Source: an uncultured Clostridia bacterium (GTDB taxonomy: Bacteria; Bacillota; Clostridia; Christensenellales; UBA1242). Taken from it: a DNA stretch of 42,334 nucleotides. The position numbers and the translations under genes were made by a program. Location: assembly GCA_947303145.1 (NCBI GenBank), contig CAMYXB010000001.1:1-42334 (forward strand), written 5' to 3'. The notes beneath the pieces are model-generated. The model worked only from the letters and a program-made list of their open reading frames with translations, did no database searches and was not told the origin of the DNA. Shown here piece after piece: positions 9,631 through 19,300 of this stretch (its first letter is position 1; the number at the start of each line of letters is the position of its first letter).

Positions 9631-10481
9631 CTTCCTAGACACCTCTTTTTGCCCATCAATCTACAAGATGAGGCTAGTCTTAGCACCTCTTCTCTATCTA
9701 TTGACACTTTTTCGCATATATCAAGTGAGGTGAGATTGAATTTTCTGTCAAAAGTTATTCCACTAGAGGAATAATAATCTTCGAAATCACTAATGGCACA
9801 CAGAGCCATATCCTTTGTCTTTAATTTAAGAGAAATATCACTCTCCATCTTTTTGCCCTTGCTAGATATGACAGACTGAAGATAATCTGTCGCCACATCG
9901 TCCTCTCTCTCTGGCAGATGCATCTGACCTACAGGCACATCTCTCACCATACCATATATGGACAACTTCTCTCCCCTATCGAAAACAATTGCGTTTGCCT
10001 TGTGTGACAAATTGGTGGAGACATATTGAGAAAGCAGTTTGGAGTAAAAAGTGAAGCCATTTATAGTGATGCCCATATCACTAAATGCTGAGGATATTTG
10101 AAATAAATATGACTTCTTGACTGCACTGAAGGCATATGTGGTGATGCCACCTTTGTTGCAGATAATATGCTTGTCGCACACGAGAGAGGAGTCTCTGTCA
10201 TAGAGCAAGTTAAATTTTGTGACAAAATTTTCCTCTTTCTTAAATAGCGAATATGGCACAGATATAAGTCCCACACCAATAATGAAATCTGGTAAAACAA
10301 CTATGTGACTCTCTCTTGCCAGTTCCTCTCTGACACCTCCACGAATGGTATTGTCAATAATGGACTTGAAGTCCTTGCAGTCGGCATAATGGCTGTCAAA
10401 AGAAAGGGCTCGGCTCTTCTTCGCGCCTCTTGTGTCCACAATCTCTACACAAAAAGAGAAAAAATTGAAATAAATAATCAT
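9627..10481 (-). CDS. hypothetical protein within the minor-pilin block (position and size compatible with a PilM-like assembly protein, but unproven)
   Basis: 284-aa ORF translationally coupled on both sides (ATGA overlaps at 10478-10481 and 9627-9630). I recognise no diagnostic motif. Confidence 0.55.
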   Translation of the reverse strand: MIIYFNFFSFCVEIVDTRGAKKSRALSFDSHYADCKDFKSIIDNTIRGGVREELARESHIVVLPDFIIGVGLISVPYSLFKKEENFVTKFNLLYDRDSSLVCDKHIICNKGGITTYAFSAVKKSYLFQISSAFSDMGITINGFTFYSKLLSQYVSTNLSHKANAIVFDRGEKLSIYGMVRDVPVGQMHLPEREDDVATDYLQSVISSKGKKMESDISLKLKTKDMALCAISDFEDYYSSSGITFDRKFNLTSLDICEKVSIDREEVLRLASSCRLMGKKRCLGR

Positions 10482-10945
10482 GACAAAACTCCAAAATCAC
10501 AAAGATAAGTAGAAGTGGGGAAAGAATTAAATGAAATAGTAGCGTTAACAAGCCAGCCGCTTCTCTCAAAAGACACCTCTCTCACTGTGGACAGCATTCT
10601 CTTCACAGTTTCCCCACGAGCAAACTGGCAAGTAAGTATGCGAGAAGATGAGTCAAAGCGGAGAGAAAAGTCTCCCGCCTCGCTAGAGACGGTGATAGTG
10701 TCACTCGCCACTAAAGACAACGTATATCCCGGCAAAGAATGATGACTGACAAAAGTATCTATGGTAGATAAAACATACAGACGCTCTGTCATCGACAGGG
10801 CGTCATCTCGCTGTTTGCTAGAAAATTTAGACGCCAGAGATATAAAAGATATAGACATAGACAAAGCCACGACTGTGAGAGTCATGGCTATGACCATTTC
10901 TAATAAAGTAAACGCTTTTTTATCTCTTAATGCACTAAATATCAT
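10478..10945 (-). CDS. minor (pseudo)pilin with Ala at -1
   Basis: MIFSALRDKKA/FTLLEMVIAMTLTVVAL has F+1 and E+5, but Ala instead of Gly before the predicted cleavage site. ATGA overlap with the upstream gene. Confidence 0.75.
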   Translation of the reverse strand: MIFSALRDKKAFTLLEMVIAMTLTVVALSMSISFISLASKFSSKQRDDALSMTERLYVLSTIDTFVSHHSLPGYTLSLVASDTITVSSEAGDFSLRFDSSSRILTCQFARGETVKRMLSTVREVSFERSGWLVNATISFNSFPTSTYLCDFGVLS

Positions 10946-12042
10946 GGCTGTATAGATTGTTTGACATCGTCCATGAGTTTCTTAGCCCTCTTGACAGACA
11001 AGTCACTCTTGACCTTGAAAAGCAAGGGAATACTCTCATATTTTCTCACACTAGACATATCTTCCACAGGGATAGGAGTGCCCTCGTAGTCCTTGGCAGA
11101 CAACTTGTAGTATATCTTGAGACCATTTTTGCCCATGGTAGTAATCTGTGCATATTTGACATTCTTATACACGAAGGTTTCGGCACTCTTAGTCTTGGCA
11201 GACTTGAATCCAATGGACTCGAAGTATTCCTTGATTTCCTTAAACTTGGCCCTAGTCTCCTTGTGCACTCTCCTCAATCTCTCATCAAAGGTGAGCCTCT
11301 TCGAACTAAAAGCATCAGACACCTCTGTCTCCTCTTCAGGCTCATCTTCAAGTTCTTCTTTTGATTCTTCTTGAAGTTCCTCTTGAGGCTCCTCTTTCTT
11401 CTTTTCTTTCTTCTCGACAGACTTTTCCTGCTGTTTTGGCTCCTTTTTAGGCTCCTTTTTGGGTTTCTCGGCTTCTTTATCTACTTCTTCCTCAGCCTCT
11501 TCCTCCTCGAGTTCGACTTCTTCTTTGTCTTGAGTGGGGAAGTCAGAGAGATATTCCTCATAGCCTCTCCTTAGAACAAGAGAAGCACAGAAAACCTGCT
11601 TGAAAGTGAGCCACAATATGACCAATTCTAGCAGCATAAGGAAACCCAGCACTGCAGCATAGATGCCAGAGAAGGCCAAGATATACACTGCAAAGAATGA
11701 CAACTGCAGAGCGATGGCAAAGACTGACATCAGCATAGACACCACACCTACTATGGCTCTGTGATTCCTTCCAACAAGGAGCAGGACAAGGAGCAATAGA
11801 GACGATAAGATACCTATATACAGCCACATTCCAATGATAGTAATCAGCACATCACCGCCAAAAGAACAAGTGATGGCTCGTGACAATATGCTAAGCACTG
11901 TCTCAAATGAACAGAAAGAGCCCGTGGTCGAGACCCATATCGCTGTCCATAATGCAGACAGAGAGATCAGAGCAGACACAAAGGACAAAAAGTAGTCCAA
12001 AGAGCGAGGATTGACTATCCCATACATTTTTTTATTTCTCAT
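10942..12042 (-). CDS. membrane protein with a long acidic/basic low-complexity linker and a C-terminal globular domain, function unknown
   Basis: Four or more hydrophobic helices in the N-terminal half, then an ~80-aa E/K/P-rich tract, then a ~125-aa C-terminal domain (RLTFDERLRRVHKETRAKFKEIKEYF...IPLLFKVKSDLSVKRAKKLMDDV). I prefer the ATG at 12042, preceded by AAGGAAG at about 6 nt, over the TTG at 12075 in the track. Confidence 0.75.
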   Translation of the reverse strand: MRNKKMYGIVNPRSLDYFLSFVSALISLSALWTAIWVSTTGSFCSFETVLSILSRAITCSFGGDVLITIIGMWLYIGILSSLLLLVLLLVGRNHRAIVGVVSMLMSVFAIALQLSFFAVYILAFSGIYAAVLGFLMLLELVILWLTFKQVFCASLVLRRGYEEYLSDFPTQDKEEVELEEEEAEEEVDKEAEKPKKEPKKEPKQQEKSVEKKEKKKEEPQEELQEESKEELEDEPEEETEVSDAFSSKRLTFDERLRRVHKETRAKFKEIKEYFESIGFKSAKTKSAETFVYKNVKYAQITTMGKNGLKIYYKLSAKDYEGTPIPVEDMSSVRKYESIPLLFKVKSDLSVKRAKKLMDDVKQSIQP

Positions 12043-12095
12043 GTTTTTCTTCCTTTTCTTCAACGATAAACCCAAGTGTTATTGAGTCTATACCA

Positions 12096-12491
12096 TTATG
12101 GTTGTGATGGTGCTTCTTCTATGGTGTAGACGTAGTAGCCATTGAAGGCGTCCGCATCAAGCAGGGTGAGTGTATACCCTGTCCCCACTGTGATGGTCTC
12201 TTCGCTCCATGACCATTGTCCGTCATTAGAGACGACCAGCTTGTATGCCTTCTGTCCAGAGGCGAGATTGTCCACACTGCTAAGAATGGCATCTTTCTCT
12301 GCCACTAGGTCTGCACTATCTGCATATTCTGCAGAATAAGCATAATAGGCGTTGCGTAGATTGGTCTGCAAGGCGGCCTCTTCTGCCTTCTTAGTAAGTC
12401 CTGCGAATGTGGGGATAAGTATGGCAGACAAGATGCCAATGATGGCGATAACAATGACCAGTTCTACTATCGTAAATCCTTTCTTCTTCAT
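12096..12491 (-). CDS. major type IV pilin (first gene of the operon)
   Basis: MKKKG/FTIVELVIVIAIIGILSAILIPTF is a textbook class III signal peptide (G-1, F+1, E+5) with an N-terminal hydrophobic helix. A strong RBS AAAGGAG lies 8 nt before the ATG. Confidence 0.9.
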   Translation of the reverse strand: MKKKGFTIVELVIVIAIIGILSAILIPTFAGLTKKAEEAALQTNLRNAYYAYSAEYADSADLVAEKDAILSSVDNLASGQKAYKLVVSNDGQWSWSEETITVGTGYTLTLLDADAFNGYYVYTIEEAPSQP

Positions 12492-12533
12492 AATTCATCT
12501 CCTTTTAGCACTGTATAGCACTTAGATAATATA

Positions 12534-12563
12534 ATAATAGTATAATTCTCACACGCATGTCAA
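12534..12563 (-). promoter_or_regulatory. candidate promoter of the pilus operon
   Basis: On the minus strand: TTGACA (12563-12558), 18 nt, TATTAT (12539-12534), about 40 nt upstream of the pilin start codon. Confidence 0.4.
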
Positions 12564-12683
12564 ACGGATTTATCCATTTTTCGACAAAAAGTTGAGAAAT
12601 ATCTAGAATAGTATGTGTATCATATATGCAAATATTCTCCTTACACATCTCTTCTCCCATTCTAGTGATGAGGGGGAGAAAAA

Positions 12684-13271
12684 CTATATCTCTCTCCTTG
12701 CCTCCACAGCACGAGAAAGAGTGACCTCGTCAGCATATTCCATATCACTGCCCATAGATATGCCTTGGGCGAGTCTAGTCACTTTCACAGCGAATGGCTT
12801 CAAAAGACGAGAGATATACATAGCCGTGGCCTCGCCCTCTATGTCGGGATTGGTGGCCACTAGCACTTCGTCAAAATCTCCGCTATTCACTCTCTGCAAG
12901 AGTTCCTTCAGTCTAATATCCTCAGGGCCCTTATTGTCGAGGGGGCTAATACAACCATGCAGAACGTGATAAAGGCAATTAAGCCCCTTGACACGCTCCA
13001 TGACGGAGATGTCCTTGGGGTCCTTGACTACGCACAAGAGCCTACTACTCCTCGTGGAGCAGATACTGCACACTTCTCTCTGACAAAATCCACCACAGAC
13101 AGAGCATAGACCTATACTGCTCTTCGCCTCCAAAATGGTGTGGGCTAAATTGTCCACCCCCTCCTTGTCGCACGACAGCACGTGATAGGCATACCTCTGA
13201 GCAGTCTTGTATCCCACTCCAGGGAGAATCATAAAAGAACCAATGAGTTTTTCAATCAAATCGTTTTCCAT
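12684..13271 (-). CDS. recR: recombination protein RecR
   Basis: HhH motif LPGVGYKTAQRYAYHVL, Cys4 finger CSVCGGFCQREVCSIC, and Toprim region VATNPDIEGEATAMYI...VTRLAQGISMGSDMEYADEVTL. The ATG at 13271 (MENDLIEKLIGSFMILPG) matches the usual RecR N-terminus. The track start at 13310 is a TTG. Confidence 0.93.
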   Translation of the reverse strand: MENDLIEKLIGSFMILPGVGYKTAQRYAYHVLSCDKEGVDNLAHTILEAKSSIGLCSVCGGFCQREVCSICSTRSSRLLCVVKDPKDISVMERVKGLNCLYHVLHGCISPLDNKGPEDIRLKELLQRVNSGDFDEVLVATNPDIEGEATAMYISRLLKPFAVKVTRLAQGISMGSDMEYADEVTLSRAVEARREI

Positions 13272-13350
13272 AAGAAAATAATAGCACAAGTCGAGCGTTT
13301 TTTCAATCAAAAATACACTACCCTGCGCTATTATTTATTATATCGAATTA

Positions 13351-16300
13351 CTACTGGATAAACCTATATTCACGTGTTAGTTGATAAATATAATTAACTT
13401 TATCTGGTATATTGCCTAAAATCCAACTAAGAACTTTTGATAGTAGCAATCTTGCAGCAAGCCGTTCATACCATTTCATGTCCCTAAGATCATCTTTGGT
13501 CGGTTTGCCAGCGACTATCAACGACCACCACTGAGAATCACAATGCCCTCCTTTTGTCCCAGGACCAAAGTAAATGCTATAATAATTTTCCCAACTTTCA
13601 GCCGTCATGCAAGCATTAGCAAAATAAGTCCCGCCTTCTTTGTTAAACTTTATTTTTGTTGGTCTCCCATCTGAATTAATATACTCTCTGACACACCAAA
13701 CACTAAAGCCAGGTTCTTGATTTGCATGGTTCCTGATTTCATTAGGGAACAACTTGCCAAGAAGCTTGCCGTCTCTTCTACTTTGAAGGTTGCCAGAAGT
13801 CCCTTTCATATCACTACCGTTTTCCACAGCATAGAATTCGTCTCGCCCTTTATACATCGAAATCATATAATCCGCAGTATTACCCAAATCACAAGTTATA
13901 GATCTAATTGTAGAATAAATAGGTTTAGTGAAATAAACAGGGAATGTTTCGTTAAGCCATGCTCCTATCTTTCGTAAAGGCCAACCCCAATCTACAGTCG
14001 CTTCTCCTGGCCATACCACAACTCTATGAGTTTTATACCAGAAATGTAGGTAATCGAGTGAATATCTATTGACATACTCACATGTAAAACCAATACTGCG
14101 TCCACTAATATTTGTGAGCCAACCGGTATCAAATCCACCTCTCGTATCAATTTGACCATTACCTTTGACGTTGTAAGTAGTAATCATTCCACCTATCCAC
14201 AAGTCGCCCTCAACAAGCATTCCAGCTATATCATCATCAGCCAAAACGAATTCTCTTGCCCTTATGGCTAGTCCGTAAACATTATATTCTTTATCATCAA
14301 TCTTAACTTTTTCATCACCTTTGAGGGAATCAAACGATTGACGAATTTCCAAAACATGATTGTTTTGAATTATATCTCCATTTACATCTATATTCACTTT
14401 TCCTAAACTATAAATCCCTGGTGTGAGACAGAAATGGACCTTGTCAGGCTTGGATGGAGTTTTGGCTAAATAATTGTTATAATCTCTTGCGACATAATAG
14501 CCATTGCTCAAAGCGTAAGAATAATCACTAGACACATTCTCAGAATTTACTATTTCGTTGTCTTCTATTACTCCGCTATTTAGAGTAATTGTAGAGTTTT
14601 CGCTTCCATAGACTGCGCCACCAAATCCTGCAGTGGAGTTGCGGGTTATATACCCACCAGTCAAGACCAATGTGCTTTCATTGACATACACACCGCCACC
14701 ACTTTTTGCCGCAAAGTTGCCGGTAATATTGGCTCCCGCGTTTACTTTGAAAGTCGATGATTGTCCGAAATACACGCCACCACCATATTCAGTCGCAAAA
14801 CTTCCCTCTATGAATCCATTATTAAAAATCACAGTAGAATCTACTATATAGCACCCAGCGCCATAAGAAGCCCTGCCATTACTAATTGTAAGATTATTTA
14901 GTTCGATGTAAGGGCTAGAATCTATAAACATAGCCCCTCCTAAATCACTTAATTTCGGGCTGGATGTTCTACCATTATTTAGAGCCCCTGCTATAGATAG
15001 ATTTTTACAATTGCTCATGTATACACAATCTCCACGTAGAGAATGTGGATTATCACCATCTTTGCCATCAAATTCTTCACTATAAGTTCCTGTGACCTCA
15101 CCTAGATTGATAGAGAGAACTCCACTATTATCAGCAAAATGTAATTCAGATAAATATACACCACCACCATACTTAGCATTATTACAATTGATAGTTCCAC
15201 TCAAGTCGATGTCAAGTCCCTTTAAATCCACATCTGAAATGCTACCAACAGCCAATCCTCCGCCATATGTAGCAGAATTACCTATGATTTTGGCACTTTT
15301 TCCTTGAGTAAATGTGACGCCACCTATTTGTGCGGCTAAATCTAAATACACTCCACCACCTTTTCCCCCAGCAGTGTTAGAAGAGATTTCTCCTGCGGTG
15401 AAATTGAGCACCCCAGAAGCGACATACACGCCAGCACCATTCAATGCCATATTTTCACTTATCACAGACTTGGAGCTATCGTCTTCGTCTGAACTTCCTA
15501 TATTAACAATAGCATCATTTTGTAGTATCGCTATACCACCACCAAAACCATAATCTGATGTCAGTTGCGTTGAATCATTAATGACTTTCTTGTATCTCTT
15601 AAAATCTTGAACTCCGCCATTGTGACTTATCTTTGTCACACCCATTAAGGTTATAGTGCCATGTTCCACTGCTATGGCTCCACCTTTAGGGGATCCACCA
15701 CCGACATAGTTGTCTTTGAAAGCAAAACTGGTGATTATAAGGTTAATTTTTTCATCTTCTGGAGTATCTGGAGCATCTTGCACATTGTAATACAATCCAC
15801 CACCGACTAGGGCATAGTTGCCTATTATTCTAGCATTGACAACAGACGAATCATTATTGCCCTTAAACTCCGCATTCGTTTTAAGATTCTTGATGTATAA
15901 TCCACCACCATTGGCATTCTTGGCAATGTTATTCTCTATCTTGGCATAATTGCCCAAATTAATAGTTCCACCATCGACATAAATACCACCACCACCAACT
16001 TGATTAGGATTTGCTACATCTGTCCCTGCTTCTCTATCTCCCACTGACTCATTGTATGAGACTTCGGCATTACTCATGTTAAGTGTGCCACCCTCTGCTA
16101 CAAAGATGCCACCACCATTGATAGCCTTGTTCCCTTTAGGATTTTCTTTTTCATCTTTGCCTCCGATTTGGGCTCCAGATCCTTCTAGGCTTAATATTCC
16201 GCTGGCGATATAGACACCACCACCATTACCATACTGAGTCTTCTCTCCCTCGTTGGATACGGCTTCGTTGGACATTATCTTGGCTTTCTGTGTAATAGAC

Positions 16301-19300
16301 AAGGTTTCTGTCACCGCATCGCCAATATCCACATACAAGCCGGCACCATTAAGGGCCTTGTTGCCAGTTATTGTAGTATCTGAGCTAAAGCCTGAATTAC
16401 TTGAGGAGTCAGCATTATAGCAAACATTTCCGCATTTGATGTAAATGCCACCGCCACCTCCGACATAAGGATTATCTCCCGTATTATATACTCCCTCGCC
16501 ATTATTTACAGAATTGCCTTCCACAGTGACGATCATGAATATGATCTTGCGAGCATTGATATACATGCCACCGCCATTTCCGTCTGCACTGACCACTCCA
16601 TTCTCGACTGCAGCATTGGCTATATTCTTCGAAATGGTGACATTCTCAAGTTTTACATTGAGACCAGTTTTGGCATCAGGATTGTCGAAATACACACCAC
16701 CACCGTTGGCAGAAGAGTTGTTCGCTATATTAGTAGGCTTATTACCATTCGCCCTCAGGATAACGCTATTGTTCTCACCCTGTGACTCGGCATTTGAGAA
16801 CAATCCGCCACCGTTTAATGTAGCTGAGTTATATGACAATGTTCCACCAGCCATATCTAGTATGGCAGATTCTGCAATATACACACCACCGCCATTTTCT
16901 GAGGCGTAGTTGTGTGATACATTGCCTGTTATATTAACCTTGCCAGCGATAGCATACACACCGCCACCATTTTTGGCTGAGTTGGAATAGGCATCAGCTG
17001 TGGCTACCTCTTCGCTTTCGCCATCGCCTATATTTCCACTAATATTGAGCTCGGATCCCTTGCTGAACACAGCACCGCCATTTTCGGCTGTATTGCCAGT
17101 GAATTCTCCGCCTTCAATATTGACTTTAGCATCCTGTGCCACATAGATAGCACCACCATCGGTGGCCTCATTTGAAGTGAATGCCACTGAACCAAAGGTG
17201 GTCCCTTTAGACTCCACGACATACATGCCACCGCCATTTGTGGCTGAGTTTGACTCAATAGTTCCATTACTTATGGAGATGTCGCTATTCTTTGCCACGC
17301 ATAGTGCACCGCCGTTAGTGGCTGAGTTGTGTGTCAAAGTTCCACTAAGGCTGAATGATGAGACAGCCTCGAGATACACACCACCACCATTAGTAGCATA
17401 GTTATATGAGATAGTGCCGGATATATCCACATTGCCACCATTGGCATAGATTCCACCGCCATTAGTGGCTGAATTGGAATGATTCTCGTCATCGGCTGTT
17501 GTAGATTTATCCTCACCTATTATGGCGCCCTCACCTATGACTATCTCTCCGTCTAGTGAGTATACACCGCCACCATTATTGGCGATATTGCCATATATTG
17601 CTCCGCCTTGCATGTCAAGAGTAGCAGAAGTTGCTACATACACACCGCCACCAAGAGCGGTGACTTTATCCTCGCCCTCTATTGTGGCTGTGCCATTAGA
17701 GGAAATCTGTGCTTCATCATTTATGTTGAGAGAGCCAGATTCGACATACACGCCAGCGCCTTTTGTGGCATAGTTGCCACTTACCTCGGCATCACTACTC
17801 AATGTAGTGTTGCCCTCAGAGTATACACCGCCACCACAATCGGCTTTATTGCCACTTATTGTAGCATGAATTGTGGCTGTCATACCACTGCCGACAAATA
17901 TGCCACCAGCATTTTCACTGGCTGTGTTGCCTGTGACTTTAACGCCACTAGGTATCTTGACTGCACTACTACCTGCTAGATATAACGCTCCGCCATCACG
18001 TGCATTGTTGCCTGTAAATGTAGCATCGCTATCTTCAGTAAATGTGAGTGTGGCATCACCGAGATATATTGCTCCGCCATTCGCAGGAGTGGTGGAGTTG
18101 CCAGAGATATTGACACTCTTGCCTATTGTAAGTGAACCACGAACTATGGCTATGGCTGAGCCATCACCTGTGGCAGTGACACCAGATATAGTGATGCCAT
18201 TCAGCACTGTCTGACCACCATCTATGTATATCGCTCCACGAGTGACGGTGCCTGTAATGGAGACATTCGACACGGTCTCAAGTTTTCCAGCTTTTACATA
18301 TACCAGTCCATTAGATGCTGTGCAAGTATTCTCTATGGTGGTGTTCTTTATGGTGGTATCACCGCCATCTACATAGACAATAGAGCCATTGACATTGCCA
18401 GAGATATTGCCAGAGATATTGCTGAACGACACTTGATTGGCTGCCCCGTCACCTTTGCCTAAGAATAGGTGTCCTGCCTTCACTGTGATGAGAGGCGAAG
18501 TGCTACTGTATGAGCCATTGTCGAACTTGACATTGTAGATGTAGAGAGATGTGTTGGCGCTATTAAGCTCCAATCTCGCCTGCATCTGCAGTCCGTCATA
18601 ACTTCGAGCGGTGACAGCTATCTGCCTCCACTTACTATCTTGTGTCTCAAGGGACACTCTATTGATATATTCTTGAGAGAGGTTGAATGAACCGGAAGTC
18701 AAGTTGACCACAAATTCCTCTTCTCCGCTACCGGTTATTTGTGCCAGACCATCGATTGCCTCATACTCAGAAGCCAGATTGATGTTCTCGAGCAAGACCA
18801 CGTCTATATGTCTATAGCCATTGGCATAATCTGCACTTAGTGAGGAGAGTGCCTTCTCTAATGTGATGTAATATCTTATGAATTCCTTATTATCACTACT
18901 ATTGTAGAATATCTTGGCGACCTTCCTCATGCCTATGATGACGTCATAATGTGCTGTGCCGTCATCAGATGTGAGGGAATCTTTGTAATCCAAAACGAAA
19001 GCATATTCATTGCCATTTGCATCTATACCACAGAATAGTCTGTCGTCTGCAAATCTATCCGCTATCCTATGGTCATACTTGGCTATAATGGTGTAGCAAG
19101 CATTAAAGGCATAATCGAGTTTGAGATTGATAGGCTTGTCGTTGAGGGCTGTGTTGTATCTACCGTTGACAAAGATATAACTATTGAGCATAGAGCCATT
19201 AGGTGTGTAGTAGTCTATGAGATACACATTGTCTTGAATATGGAGGGCAGAACTGAGAGCCTTATCCTCAGGCTTTTCGTCTGCCTTGATGGTGGAGACA

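Noticed and set aside
11371-11574. Plus-strand ORF rich in F/L (MKFLLRLLFLLFFLL...) and neighbouring ORFs at 10957..11374.
   Set aside because: They mirror the purine-rich E/K codon tract of the minus-strand membrane/linker gene, which is coupled into the pilus operon.
12644-12680. Hairpin TTCTCCC...GGGAGAA just downstream of the recR stop, as a possible terminator.
   Set aside because: It has a 7-bp stem with a ~15-nt loop and no T-run after it on the minus strand, so it is not a convincing intrinsic terminator.
12613-12969. Plus-strand 118-aa ORF.
   Set aside because: It is antisense to recR, whose HhH, Cys4 and Toprim motifs are all present on the minus strand.
8021-13310. Alternative upstream starts given in the ORF track: TTG at 8050 (pilC), GTG at 9642 (minor pilin), TTG at 12075 (membrane/linker protein) and TTG at 13310 (recR).
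   Set aside because: In each case a downstream ATG gives a family-typical N-terminus, or an ATGA coupling or RBS context. The longer forms overlap the preceding gene or add atypical leaders.
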